A DNA stretch of 64,000 nt from Synechococcales cyanobacterium VAR_4_metabat_354 (GTDB lineage: Bacteria > Cyanobacteriota > Cyanobacteriia > Cyanobacteriales > Chamaesiphonaceae). Every line of letters begins with the position of its first letter. Within the stretch, counting starts at the first letter, position 1. This document shows positions 11,088-21,500 of this stretch, piece by piece. The stretch covers positions 1 to 64,000 of the forward strand of contig JANOQI010000016.1 in the NCBI GenBank assembly GCA_031414775.1, written 5' to 3'. A program made the position numbers and the translations under genes. The notes beneath the pieces were generated by a model, which was not told the DNA's origin, searched no databases, and saw only the letters and a list, made by a program, of their open reading frames with translations.

Positions 11088-12593
11088 ATGCCCATTTTTT
11101 TGTTACCTATGTTTACTGCTGAAAACTCTGCAACTATCGCTATTTGCCTGATCGCCATCGGCATCTTAGGTTGGGGTTTTTACCGCAATCGCTCCTATGG
11201 CAAAATTGGCATTCTAGCTTGGCTACAGTCATCAGCTTTGATGTTGCCCTGGCTAGTATTTTTCGGTTCTTTCGCCCTAGGTATCTATATCAATTTAGCC
11301 GCCGTTTTAATCTTGCTGCTAATTTCCACCGGTCTATATATTTGGTTAGGCAATCGCCTCCGCCTAGCTGCTCAAGATCCTAATACCAACGCCGAAATCG
11401 CTAAAAAGCTAAATCGTTATCAGCCAGAGAACGGCTCAGCACCATCCCAGTCAGCACAAAGCGTGGCCATACCTCAGATCTCCCATGAAGATTTAGAAAA
11501 AATACGAAGCATCTTTGGGATTGACACTTTTTTTGCCACCGAAACCATTCCCTATCAACAGGGAGCGATTTTCAAGGGTAACCTGCGAGGCGAGCCCACG
11601 ATCGTCCACGATCGATTGCAACAAAAAATGATTGATTTAGTAGGAGACAAATATCGAATTTTTTTGGTCGAAGGTTTTGAAGATCGGCCAGTGGTAGTAG
11701 TACTACCCAATACCACTGACCAACTGGCCACAACGACCATCCAAAAAGTGCTGGCAGTAGTACTATTACTCGCCACGATTGGGAGCAGCTTAGAGACAGC
11801 CGGAGTATTTTTAGGATTTGATTTTTATGCTCATACTGAGCGCTGGCAGGAGACTTTGCCAATTTCTTTAGGACTCTGGGCAGTTTTAATCAGTCACGAG
11901 CTTGGTCACTGGTTCATGGCTAGAACACGGCAAGTGCAACTGAGCTGGCCAAATTTTTTACCAACTGCTCAAATTGGCGCTTTTGGCGCGATTACCCGCT
12001 TTGCATCGATTTTACCCAATCGATCGACCCTGTTTGATGTTTCGATCGCTGGCCCAGCAACTGGCGGGCTGGTAGCTATTCTCATGCTCCTAGTAGGACT
12101 ATTACTATCCCATCCTGGTACTGGCCTAGAAATTCCCGCCCAGTTCTTTCAGAGTTCCATTTTGGTCGGGGCTTTAGCCAAGGTAATTTTAGGCAACGAA
12201 GTACACAAAACACTAGTAACAGTTCATCCTCTAGTCATAGTTGGGTGGCTAGGCATAGTAATTACCGCCCTAAATTTAATGCCCGCCGGTCAATTGGATG
12301 GGGGCAGAATAATTCAAGCCGTCTATGGCCGGAAAACAGCCCAAAGAATGACAATTGCCACCCTAGTAATTTTAGGAATTGTAGTTTTAACCAATCCAGG
12401 CAACTCTTTGATTCTTTACTGGGCAGTACTAGTTGGCTTTTTGCAAAGAAGCTTAGAAAGACCCAGCCTCAACGAACTGACCGAGCCGAACGATACCCGA
12501 GCAGCATTAACCTTAATAGCACTATTCCTGATGATCGTCATTTTGATACCCTTTAGCCCAGAACTAGCTAGTCAATTTGGGATTGGTGACTAG
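11088..12593 (+). CDS. Site-2 protease (M50 family, EGY-like)
   Basis: HELGH zinc motif, NLMPAGQLDGG motif and multiple TM helices. Confidence 0.92.
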   Translation: MPIFLLPMFTAENSATIAICLIAIGILGWGFYRNRSYGKIGILAWLQSSALMLPWLVFFGSFALGIYINLAAVLILLLISTGLYIWLGNRLRLAAQDPNTNAEIAKKLNRYQPENGSAPSQSAQSVAIPQISHEDLEKIRSIFGIDTFFATETIPYQQGAIFKGNLRGEPTIVHDRLQQKMIDLVGDKYRIFLVEGFEDRPVVVVLPNTTDQLATTTIQKVLAVVLLLATIGSSLETAGVFLGFDFYAHTERWQETLPISLGLWAVLISHELGHWFMARTRQVQLSWPNFLPTAQIGAFGAITRFASILPNRSTLFDVSIAGPATGGLVAILMLLVGLLLSHPGTGLEIPAQFFQSSILVGALAKVILGNEVHKTLVTVHPLVIVGWLGIVITALNLMPAGQLDGGRIIQAVYGRKTAQRMTIATLVILGIVVLTNPGNSLILYWAVLVGFLQRSLERPSLNELTEPNDTRAALTLIALFLMIVILIPFSPELASQFGIGD

Positions 12594-12594
12594 C

Positions 12595-15195
12595 TCATAA
12601 GAAGGGATCTTCAATGACCACCGGCCGAAACTCAGATTCCTCTGGAAGTGTTTGCAAGTCAGACAGATTTGGAGTCATTGCAGGAAGACCTAGCAGATGT
12701 TGAATGGCATCAGCGAGAGGGGTGCGCAGGTGTGCACTGAGCAGGTCAACTTCATCGTCCACTGAATCACCCTTAACCAAACGCAGAGCAATACCCCGCA
12801 CTTCTTGTAATTGTTGATCGGTAACAGTGGGATAGAAATTCTCATGACCAGCAAAAAGATTTTTAGGCGCAACCAGCGAAACCCGATGCACATCATCTCT
12901 TCTAAGAGTAGGAATATGAGCGACAGTCACAGGAGCAGGATTTCGATCATCAACTACGATCCGCTGCGGTGTTGTAGATGGAGATACAGATATGACGTCA
13001 ATGGTATTGAGCAACTCACATACATTAACTTTTTGGCGCAGTCCCTGCGGGACAATTACATCCACACCTTCGGCATGACTATCAATTAATTGTTGGTAGG
13101 AAACAGATGCTGCTGGAAAGTCAGGCAAAGGAACGTAAGTATCAACATCAAAAGCTCCGAAAATTTGATTAATTCCCGTAAGTTTATGGCGTAGCAACTC
13201 CAAAAAGTTGCGACGGGTGGTTGGCAAGCCGACAATATAAATCGAAATAGTTCTTTCTTTTCGATTGCTCTTAATCAAAGCCCGATTATTTGAAGATTTG
13301 AGAATAACACCATAGCGCCAGTAAAAATTGCTATCAATTAGCTCACTACAACGCACCATTAAACGAGAGACAATACTATGAGGAAAAGTCGAATAACGAT
13401 ATTGAAATTGTAAAGCGCCTTGCCACTGATCGAGATGTGCTTCTGGCAATTCTTCTTTGGGAAGTAAATCTGGAATCAAAAAACTACGCCGGTCAGTCAG
13501 CTCGCAACACAACTCTAATTTCATCATCGTTTCCAGGACAAAGCGATGTTTTGCTGGAGTATAGGTAAATTCTCGTTTATTGGACTGAAATGTTGTCAAT
13601 ATACGTGTCAGCATTCGCTCCGCTAAAATGCCTTTACACTCACTCACCAAGAAATGATCATTGAGTATTTTATAAATTCCATGCATAATCCAGCCTGTAT
13701 TCATCACCGGAGCCTGACTGAGAGGCTGATTTTGGTGAAAGTTAAGAATCACACCTAGATCATGTAGTAATTCGACTAGAGTTTGCTGTTCAGATGCCAC
13801 CACCACATTACAATTTTTACAAATCTGACAATATTCGGCATAGGTAATATAGCCTTTGTTTAAGTTTTCTAAGTTAGTTTTCACGGCCAGCCAATCTGGG
13901 AGGAAAGCAGTCTGTGCATGACATAAATTAGCAAGCTCCTGCAAAATATGTTGACGGAGTTCAGGAATACCAGATGCATCCTGACAGGAAACAGGAACAA
14001 TTCCTTTAATATTCTGATATTTATTCTGATACTTATCATAGTTAGTATCCAAAGAAGCTTGATCTTTTTTGTTACCAATAATTAAAATAGATGCATCTTT
14101 GGCAAAGCTGCTAATCAGTTTAAGCCAGTATTCAATCCGATTCTGTTCTTCACTGGCATTATTATCAATTACTAATAAATACAAACTGCGCTCTGTCAGA
14201 AAAATTTGGTGAGCAGTATGCAGGTTTTCTTGACCACCAAAATCCCAAATATTGAAACAAGCTAGCTCCCTAGGTTGAGGATCAATGGTTGCAGCAGAAC
14301 AAAAATCAATATGCCATTTTTCAATGTTAATACCATCGGTAGAAGATTCATTAAGAGTAAATTGATCGTAAACTAAACGTTTAATTACAGATGTTTTACC
14401 CGTTTTGCTCTGACCAAGTAAGATAATTTTTGCTTCATTTGATTTCGACACAAATCCTACAGGCTTAGTAATATGCGGAACCAATTGCGGTATCAAAGTT
14501 TTCTGATTATTTAACAGCGATGCTGGTGACTGAACATTTTGAAGAGGATTGCCAGAGACATTAAGGTCTTGCAGATTAGTTAGTTGTTCGATGGATGGGG
14601 GTAAACTCGTCAACCTATTGTTCGATAGATTTAAAAGACGTAAATTAGTCAATTTTCCAATTGATTCGGGCAAACTAGTTAGTTTATTAGATATAATATC
14701 GAGTCGTTGCAAATTAACTAACTGACCAACTTCTGGTGGTAGTTCTGTCAACGAATTTTCGGATAGACTCAACCTCACTAAATTCATCAGTTTACTAATA
14801 GAAGATGGAAATATCGTCAGATTATTGCCAGATAGAAAAAGGATCTTTAAGTCGGCTAGTCGTTCGATCGATAACGGTAAATTAATCAGTTGATTATCAG
14901 ACAAGCCCAAGATGGCTAAACTTTTGAGTTGTCCGATCGATTCTGGCAGACTAGTCAATTGATTTTCATAAAGATACAGTTCTTGCAAATTAGGTAATTG
15001 CCCAATTACTTCGGATAGTCTTTTGAGGCGATTATTACGGAGATCCAGCGTCCGCAAATCAGTAAGTTGCCCAATCGTTGACGGTAAACTCGTCAATTGC
15101 TTGCCAGAAAGGTCTAGGATAGTGGCATTTTCCCTTCTTGCTTGGACTATAACTCGTAGTACGTCTTCTTCTTTCATCACTTCACCATAGACCAC
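12595..15195 (-). CDS. Roco protein: LRR - Roc GTPase - COR
   Basis: Eight 23-aa LRRs (LxxLPxxIGxLxNLxxLxLxxN), P-loop GQSKTGKTS, WDFGGQE, NKKD, and COR motifs LHDLGVILNF and YWRYGVIL. Confidence 0.9.
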   Translation of the reverse strand: MVYGEVMKEEDVLRVIVQARRENATILDLSGKQLTSLPSTIGQLTDLRTLDLRNNRLKRLSEVIGQLPNLQELYLYENQLTSLPESIGQLKSLAILGLSDNQLINLPLSIERLADLKILFLSGNNLTIFPSSISKLMNLVRLSLSENSLTELPPEVGQLVNLQRLDIISNKLTSLPESIGKLTNLRLLNLSNNRLTSLPPSIEQLTNLQDLNVSGNPLQNVQSPASLLNNQKTLIPQLVPHITKPVGFVSKSNEAKIILLGQSKTGKTSVIKRLVYDQFTLNESSTDGINIEKWHIDFCSAATIDPQPRELACFNIWDFGGQENLHTAHQIFLTERSLYLLVIDNNASEEQNRIEYWLKLISSFAKDASILIIGNKKDQASLDTNYDKYQNKYQNIKGIVPVSCQDASGIPELRQHILQELANLCHAQTAFLPDWLAVKTNLENLNKGYITYAEYCQICKNCNVVVASEQQTLVELLHDLGVILNFHQNQPLSQAPVMNTGWIMHGIYKILNDHFLVSECKGILAERMLTRILTTFQSNKREFTYTPAKHRFVLETMMKLELCCELTDRRSFLIPDLLPKEELPEAHLDQWQGALQFQYRYSTFPHSIVSRLMVRCSELIDSNFYWRYGVILKSSNNRALIKSNRKERTISIYIVGLPTTRRNFLELLRHKLTGINQIFGAFDVDTYVPLPDFPAASVSYQQLIDSHAEGVDVIVPQGLRQKVNVCELLNTIDVISVSPSTTPQRIVVDDRNPAPVTVAHIPTLRRDDVHRVSLVAPKNLFAGHENFYPTVTDQQLQEVRGIALRLVKGDSVDDEVDLLSAHLRTPLADAIQHLLGLPAMTPNLSDLQTLPEESEFRPVVIEDPFL

Positions 15196-15574
15196 TTACA
15201 CCACTCTCATATCTAAAAAGTGAACAATTGAGGGCGCGATATCCAGCATCATTCAGCTGTCTACGTCCAGCTGGGATCAAGATTTTTGAGACAGCTCTCA
15301 ATTAAACTCGCTCTGATTACTCACCATTTTACCCAAAATGGGATTATAAAAATTTGGAAAGTCACTTTTATGAAATCTGACTTTTCCTGCTAAGTCCTAG
15401 ACTCTTTGCTAAGAGACACTTCCAAGATCGATATAAATCTCTGTCAAAAAGGCTTATGGGCTTCGATCTTACCTTCAGATTTTGCTCTCGAAAAAATAAC
15501 GGGAAAAGTCAGCTATGAAATGGATGCACCACATAACTAAAAATTTGAAATTCTTCTCCTAACAAGCCTAAAAC

Positions 15575-15605
15575 AAAAGCCTGCTCTCAATGAGAGCAGG
15601 CTTTT
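15575..15605 (-). terminator. Intrinsic terminator of psbA
   Basis: AAAAGCCTGCTCTC-AAT-GAGAGCAGGCTTTT perfect hairpin just after the psbA stop. Confidence 0.85.
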
Positions 15606-15627
15606 AAATCTTAAGTTGGTTAAAGAA

Positions 15628-16710
15628 TTAACCGTTGATGGAAGGAGCCATCAAAGCAACTGGAGTAGCTTCGCCAGCGGCTAAGTCTAGTGGGAAGTTG
15701 TGTGCATTACGTTCGTGCATTACTTCCATACCTAGGTTGGCACGGTTGATGATGTCTGCCCAAGTGTTGATGGTGCGACCTTGAGTGTCAACTACAGAAG
15801 AGTTGAAGTTGAAACCGTTCAGGTTGAATGCCATGGTGCTTACGCCCAAAGAAGTCATCCAGATTCCAACTACTGGCCAAGCACCTAACAAGAAGTGAAG
15901 TGAGCGGCTGTTGTTGAAGGAAGCGTATTGGAAAATCAAACGACCGAAGTAGCCGTGAGCTGCAACGATGTTGTAAGTTTCTTCTTCTTGACCGAATTTG
16001 TAACCGTAGTTAAGTGATTCAACTTCAGTTGTTTCACGAACCAAAGAGGAAGTTACAAGTGAACCGTGCATTGCGGAGAACAATGAACCACCAAATACAC
16101 CAGCTACACCGAGCATGTGGAAAGGGTGCATCAAGATGTTGTGCTCAGCTTGGAACACAATCATGAAGTTGAAGGTACCGGAGATACCCAAAGGCATACC
16201 GTCGGAGAAGGAACCTTGACCGATTGGGTAGATTAAAAATACAGCGGTTGCTGCTGCTACTGGAGCAGAGTAAGCAACACAAATCCAAGGACGCATACCT
16301 AGGCGGTAGGAAAGTTCCCACTCGCGACCCATGTAGCAGAAGATTCCGATTAAGAAGTGGAATACTACTAATTGGTAAGGACCGCCGTTGTACAACCACT
16401 CATCCATGGAAGCAGCTTCCCAGATTGGGTAGAAGTGCAAGCCGATAGCGTTGGAGGAAGGAATTACAGCACCAGAAATGATGTTGTTTCCGAACATTAG
16501 AGAACCAGCAACTGGCTCACGGATACCATCGATGTCTACTGGAGGCGCGCCGATGAAAGCAACGATGAAGCAGATAGTAGCGGAAAGAAGGGTAGGAATC
16601 ATTACGACGCCGAACCAACCGATATAAATACGGTTGTCGGTGGAAGTGATCCAACCACAGAAGCGATCCCAAGCATTGGGTGCCTCAGTACGTTGTAAAG
16701 TAGTTGTCAT
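15628..16710 (-). CDS. psbA: Photosystem II D1 protein (standard form, Glu130)
   Basis: 360 aa with D61, Y161, D170, E189, H190, H332, E333, D342 and A344 present; YMGREWE gives E130. Confidence 0.99.
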   Translation of the reverse strand: MTTTLQRTEAPNAWDRFCGWITSTDNRIYIGWFGVVMIPTLLSATICFIVAFIGAPPVDIDGIREPVAGSLMFGNNIISGAVIPSSNAIGLHFYPIWEAASMDEWLYNGGPYQLVVFHFLIGIFCYMGREWELSYRLGMRPWICVAYSAPVAAATAVFLIYPIGQGSFSDGMPLGISGTFNFMIVFQAEHNILMHPFHMLGVAGVFGGSLFSAMHGSLVTSSLVRETTEVESLNYGYKFGQEEETYNIVAAHGYFGRLIFQYASFNNSRSLHFLLGAWPVVGIWMTSLGVSTMAFNLNGFNFNSSVVDTQGRTINTWADIINRANLGMEVMHERNAHNFPLDLAAGEATPVALMAPSING

Positions 16711-16769
16711 TTGTTTATGATTGCGATGAATTTTTTAGGTTTGAGATTAGGACTCGCACCCTGATCCCC

Positions 16770-16798
16770 ATATTAGATTAAGTATTTATCTTTGTAAA
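16770..16798 (-). promoter_or_regulatory. psbA promoter
   Basis: Minus strand TTTACA (16798-16793), 17 nt, TAATAT (16775-16770). An upstream GTTAATA/TTTACA direct repeat resembles the HLR1 (RpaB) motif. Confidence 0.65.
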
Positions 16799-16843
16799 GA
16801 GTATTAACAAAAATAAATTCTTTGCTGAGAAAGATATTATCCG

Positions 16844-17185
16844 TTAACCAGGTGGCCAAGACAAAGGACGCTTACCTAGCACATGAAAATGCAGGTGAAA
16901 AACTGTCTGACCACCATCACTACCAACGTTTGTAACCACCCGATAGCCGTTGTCTAACCCTTCTTGATTAGCAACTCTCTGAATTATTAGAAGAATGTGA
17001 CCTAAAACAGCTTGCTCGGCAGCAGTAACTGTTGCTAAGGACTCGATCGACTGCTTAGGGATCACCAAAATATGCACTGGTGCTTGGGGGTTCACATCGC
17101 GAAAAGCCATCACCAGGTTGTCTTCGTAGACGATATCGGCCGGAATTTCCTTACGGATAATTCGGCTAAAAATTGTTTCACTCAT
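16844..17185 (-). CDS. Histidine triad (HIT/HinT) nucleotide-binding protein
   Basis: GGQTVFHLHFHVLG triad and C-terminal WPPG. Confidence 0.95.
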   Translation of the reverse strand: MSETIFSRIIRKEIPADIVYEDNLVMAFRDVNPQAPVHILVIPKQSIESLATVTAAEQAVLGHILLIIQRVANQEGLDNGYRVVTNVGSDGGQTVFHLHFHVLGKRPLSWPPG

Positions 17186-17227
17186 AAATCACGAAAAATT
17201 ATTAGAAAAAATGTGGTGTGCGGGCAA

Positions 17228-18439
17228 CTAGCTCTCATTTTCGCCAGATGAGAAAGAGTTGTAGGTAATGCCAGCTTTCTTAAGTCGATCGATCGCCTCA
17301 CCCAATCGATCGCAATCGGCAATCAAACTCAAACGCACATAGCCCTCACCACCACTGCCAAAAGCATTCCCAGGAGTCAAAACAACCCCGGTCTCGCTCA
17401 GAACTTTCAAAGCAAATTCCGTCGAACCAATTCCCGGCGGACAAGGTACCCACAAATACATCGTGGCTTTAGTCACTGGTACATTCCAACCCAATTCAGC
17501 CAGACCCTTAATCACAAAATCACGCCGCTTTCGGTAACGGGTTTGGACTTCCGAAACATATTCATCCGGCAGATTGAGGGCAGTTTCCGCCGCCGACTGC
17601 AAGGCCGCAAAAATCCCATAGTCTAAATTGGTCTTAATCGTTCGCAAACCTTGAATAATTTTGGCGTTACCCACCACAAAACCAATCCGCCAACCAGCCA
17701 TGTTGTAGGTTTTGGACATGGTGTGAAACTCCACACTAATATCTTTTGCACCAGGGATTTCGAGCAGGCTGGTAGGCTGATAGCCATCAAATGCTAGTTC
17801 GGCATAGCAAAGGTCATGCACCAATATAATTTCGTATTTGCGAGCGAAGGCCACAATCTCTTCATAAAACTCGCGGGGTGCAGTTGCACCAGTAGGATTA
17901 CTGGGGTAGTTGAAAAATAATAGCTTAGCTCTGCGAGCAACATCCTCTGGAATTTTAGCTAGATCGATCACCCAATCATTTTCAGCAGTAAGCAGCATTT
18001 CATGAATATCAGCACCTGCAATTAGCGGCCCCCGAAAATGCACTGGGTAAGCTGGGTTGGGTACCAGAACGACATCGCCGGGATCAATGAAGGCCATCGC
18101 CAAATGGGCTAATCCCTCCTTAGAACCCATCAGTGGCAAAGCTTCATTTTCAGGGTTCAAGGTCACATCATAGCGACGCTGATACCAATCAGCAATTGTC
18201 CGCCGAAAACTACTCAAGCCTTCAAAAGGTGGATAGCCGTGAATATTAGGGTTGTCTAGAGCGTCTTTGGCAGAGGTAATTACCGATTCATGGGGTGCCC
18301 CGTCTGGGTTTCCCATACCCAGATCGATCAAGTCAATACCCTGCTGACGGGCATTGGCTTTCAGTTCATCCAACCGAACAAACACATACTGCGGCAGGTT
18401 GCGTACACGAGTAGCTGGCGTAATCCAATCTAATATCAT
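17228..18439 (-). CDS. PLP-dependent aminotransferase class I/II
   Basis: NYPSNPTG, HDLCY and SKTYNMAGWRIG (PLP-binding Lys). Substrate not assignable from sequence alone. Confidence 0.88.
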   Translation of the reverse strand: MILDWITPATRVRNLPQYVFVRLDELKANARQQGIDLIDLGMGNPDGAPHESVITSAKDALDNPNIHGYPPFEGLSSFRRTIADWYQRRYDVTLNPENEALPLMGSKEGLAHLAMAFIDPGDVVLVPNPAYPVHFRGPLIAGADIHEMLLTAENDWVIDLAKIPEDVARRAKLLFFNYPSNPTGATAPREFYEEIVAFARKYEIILVHDLCYAELAFDGYQPTSLLEIPGAKDISVEFHTMSKTYNMAGWRIGFVVGNAKIIQGLRTIKTNLDYGIFAALQSAAETALNLPDEYVSEVQTRYRKRRDFVIKGLAELGWNVPVTKATMYLWVPCPPGIGSTEFALKVLSETGVVLTPGNAFGSGGEGYVRLSLIADCDRLGEAIDRLKKAGITYNSFSSGENES

Positions 18440-18757
18440 TGAAGCGATTGAGCAATTTTAAGAACGGCACAGGACAATAGCATATCAGAGTGCTATGGGA
18501 GAAATTCAAAAATGATAATAACTAGTCCTATATTACGAACTGTTACAGCACCCTATAGATTTACGCCCAAATGTCGCAGAATGTTTGCGGAAGGTAGCTG
18601 AATAACTTCATAGCATCTTGTATACTGCCGAATTGTTTAATTGAAAAATTAAGATTTGGCTAAGTAAGTGCCTGTAGTCAGCTCTCATCCGTATTTTGAC
18701 TGGTAAAACCAGCGATAAACAACTGGTTAATAACTTTTTTTGGAGTAATACCTAATA

Positions 18758-19243
18758 ATGAGTATCGTCACCAAAGCGATCGTCAATGCAGACGCTGAAG
18801 CTCGTTACCTCAGCCCCGGCGAACTAGACCGGATCAAGTCCTTTGTGACTTCTGGCGAGCGTCGTCTTCGGATTGCTCAATCTCTAACTGACTCTCGCGA
18901 GCGTCTAGTTAAAGAAGCTGGCAACAAACTTTTCCAACAACGTCCTGATGTTGTTTCTCCTGGTGGAAACGCCTACGGTGAAGAAATGACGGCTACTTGC
19001 TTACGTGACCTAGACTACTACCTACGTCTAGTTACTTACGGAGTAGTTGCTGGCGATGTGACTCCGATCGAAGAAATCGGTATCGTTGGTGTGCGTGAAA
19101 TGTACAAGTCTTTGGGTACTCCCATCGATGCAGTTGTCGGTGGCGTTCGCGCTATGAAAGATGCTGCTGTAGGGATGATGTCCGCAGAAGATGCAGCTGA
19201 AGCTGGTGCATACTTCGACTATGTGATTGGTGCAATGGGCTAA
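18758..19243 (+). CDS. apcA: Allophycocyanin alpha subunit
   Basis: [39 protein letters not shown] chromophore Cys. Confidence 0.98.
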   Translation: MSIVTKAIVNADAEARYLSPGELDRIKSFVTSGERRLRIAQSLTDSRERLVKEAGNKLFQQRPDVVSPGGNAYGEEMTATCLRDLDYYLRLVTYGVVAGDVTPIEEIGIVGVREMYKSLGTPIDAVVGGVRAMKDAAVGMMSAEDAAEAGAYFDYVIGAMG

Positions 19244-19305
19244 TTGCTCTTGCCACAATCATTAACTAAAGCGACTACAGTAAATCAGTTAAGGAATTTA
19301 AAATA

Positions 19306-19791
19306 ATGCAAGACGCAATTACTGCTGTAATTAACTCCTCTGACGTTCAAGGTAAATACTTAGACGCCAGCTCTCTCAGCAAGCTCAAAGCTTATTTCGG
19401 TACTGGTGAATTGCGCGTGCGTGCTGCTGGCACAATCAGCGCCAATGCTGCCACTATCGTTAAAGAAGCTGTTGCTAAGTCTTTGTTGTACTCGGACATA
19501 ACTCGTCCCGGTGGCAACATGTACACTACTCGCCGCTACGCTGCTTGTATTCGTGACTTAGACTACTACCTACGCTACGCTACCTACGCTATGTTGGCTG
19601 GCGATCCGTCTATCTTGGATGAGCGCGTATTGAATGGTTTGAAAGAAACCTATAACTCTCTGGGCGTTCCAGTTGCTGCAACTGTGCAAGCCATCCAAGC
19701 CATGAAGGAAGTAACCGCTAGTTTAGTAGGTGCTGATGCTGGTAAGGAAATGGGTGTTTATTTGGACTACACCTGTTCTGGCTTGAGCTAG
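19306..19791 (+). CDS. apcB: Allophycocyanin beta subunit
   Basis: [36 protein letters not shown]. Confidence 0.98.
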   Translation: MQDAITAVINSSDVQGKYLDASSLSKLKAYFGTGELRVRAAGTISANAATIVKEAVAKSLLYSDITRPGGNMYTTRRYAACIRDLDYYLRYATYAMLAGDPSILDERVLNGLKETYNSLGVPVAATVQAIQAMKEVTASLVGADAGKEMGVYLDYTCSGLS

Positions 19792-19816
19792 TCTCAATCA
19801 AGAAACGATGATTTAG

Positions 19817-19909
19817 GGTCTGGAAAGTTAGTATAGATACTAGCTCTGCACAAGCTAATCTGAATAGATCAGTTTCAATGAGCTACCTTAAATACTGGCT
19901 TTCTAGGCT
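19817..19909 (+). other. Long intergenic stem-loop between apcB and apcC (likely mRNA 3'-end/stability element)
   Basis: GTCTGGAAAGTTAGTAT pairs with ATACTGGCTTTCTAGGC (with G-U pairs), plus inner TAGCTC/GAGCTA pairing. Confidence 0.6.
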
Positions 19910-20012
19910 TTGAAATATTTATAAAGACTGAATTTAGTGATCAAGCATCGCTAAAGAATGTAAAAATCTAAGCTTATTCATAAGAAAACAAGTTTTTGGG
20001 AGAAATGTCATC

Positions 20013-20216
20013 ATGCGGATGTTTAAAGTCACTGCTTGTGTGCCTAGCCTCAGCCGGACTCGCACCCAACGGGAATTGCAGAACACCTACTTTACCAAGT
20101 TGGTACCCTACGATAACTGGTTCCGCGAACAGCAGCGCATCATGAAGATGGGTGGCAAGATCGTAAAGGTAGAATTAGCCACTGGTAAGCCTGGTGCTAA
20201 CACCGGTCTTCTCTAG
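20013..20216 (+). CDS. apcC: Phycobilisome core linker Lc7.8
   Basis: MRMFKVTACVPS..RELQNTYFTKLVPYDNWFREQQRI; third gene of apcABC. Confidence 0.97.
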   Translation: MRMFKVTACVPSLSRTRTQRELQNTYFTKLVPYDNWFREQQRIMKMGGKIVKVELATGKPGANTGLL

Positions 20217-20235
20217 TCTAGGGACTGAGATATTA

Positions 20236-20272
20236 CAAAAAAGCAGGGCTGTATGGCACCCCTGCTTTTTTG
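20236..20272 (+). terminator. Intrinsic terminator after apcC
   Basis: CAAAAAAGCAGGG..CCCTGCTTTTTTG hairpin with T tract. Confidence 0.85.
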
Positions 20273-20350
20273 ATGGGCAAGTTATGCAGCCCGGTCTAAA
20301 AAAAGCTAAGATAGCAGATTGCAGAAAATTTATTTTACGTCCCCCCACAT

Positions 20351-21484
20351 ATGCAGTTTATTGATCAGGCCGAAGTAGAAGTAGCTGCTGGTAACGGTGG
20401 CGACGGAGTGGTGGCTTTCCGACGGGAAAAGTTTGTACCAGCGGGGGGACCATCGGGCGGTAATGGTGGACGTGGCGGCTCGGTACACTTCATGGCCGTG
20501 GAAAATCTCCAAACTCTGTTGGACTTTAGCTATCGCCGTCGCTTCAAGGCTCCCGATGGACAAAAGGGCGGTTCCAAGAATTGCACAGGTCCATCGGGGG
20601 ATGACCTAATTGTGGAAGTGCCTTGCGGCACGATTATTTATGATTTAGATACCACCGAGGTTTTGGCTGATTTAGTTGAATCCGGTCAACAGTTTTGTGT
20701 GGCGGCTGGGGGTAAGGGCGGTTTGGGCAATCAATGCTTTTTGACCAACAGTAACCGAGCACCAGAAAAAGCACTCCCGGGAATGCCAGGGGAAGTTCGA
20801 TCGATCCGCCTAGAGCTGAAACTTTTAGCGGAAGTGGGAATTATTGGAATGCCCAATGCTGGCAAATCGACGCTGATTTCGGCTTTGTCGGCAGCGCGAC
20901 CCAAAGTAGCAGACTATCCTTTCACCACTCTTGTGCCTAATTTAGGCGTGGTGCGGAAGCCTACTGGGGATGGTACTTTGTTTGCCGATATCCCAGGACT
21001 AATTGAAGGTGCTGCCGGAGGCGCGGGATTAGGGCACGAATTTTTACGGCATATTGAGCGCACTAAGTTGTTAGTGCATTTGGTGGATGGGACAGGAGAA
21101 GATCCGATCGAAGCCTACCGCACCATCCGCCGAGAATTGTTGGCCTATGACCAATCGTTGGATAACAAGCCCCAGATTTTAGCTATTAATAAAATTGATG
21201 CTCTAGATGATGAAGAACAGGCGCTGTTACAAGCAGAATTAGTTAAAGCTGCTGGTCAGGATGTGTTGCTGATATCAGCAGCCACTCGTCATAACTTAGA
21301 TGAATTGTTGAATTTGGTATGGCAGCAGTTGGCTGATTTAGAGAACACTACGGAAGCTTGGGAAGTACCTCAATATCAAATGCGCCGACGGTTTGGCCAT
21401 AAGAATGAAGAGGATGATTTTGAGCTAGAGGAAGATGATGATTCGGAGCTGGCCGCCACTGAGTTTATTTATACTCATCGGTAA
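20351..21484 (+). CDS. obgE: GTPase ObgE/CgtA
   Basis: Gly-rich Obg N-terminus, GMPNAGKST, DYPFTT, DIPG and NKID. Confidence 0.97.
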   Translation: MQFIDQAEVEVAAGNGGDGVVAFRREKFVPAGGPSGGNGGRGGSVHFMAVENLQTLLDFSYRRRFKAPDGQKGGSKNCTGPSGDDLIVEVPCGTIIYDLDTTEVLADLVESGQQFCVAAGGKGGLGNQCFLTNSNRAPEKALPGMPGEVRSIRLELKLLAEVGIIGMPNAGKSTLISALSAARPKVADYPFTTLVPNLGVVRKPTGDGTLFADIPGLIEGAAGGAGLGHEFLRHIERTKLLVHLVDGTGEDPIEAYRTIRRELLAYDQSLDNKPQILAINKIDALDDEEQALLQAELVKAAGQDVLLISAATRHNLDELLNLVWQQLADLENTTEAWEVPQYQMRRRFGHKNEEDDFELEEDDDSELAATEFIYTHR

Positions 21485-21500
21485 ACACATTCCTCATCAA

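Noticed and set aside
15356..15520. Recurrent GGAAA(A)GTCA motif upstream of the Roco gene
   Set aside because: Short and imperfect in AT-rich DNA; it cannot be told from chance without orthologous promoters.
15628..16710. Rogue, far-red (ChlF) or microaerobic D1
   Set aside because: All Mn4CaO5 ligands are present and the diagnostic substitutions of those forms are absent.
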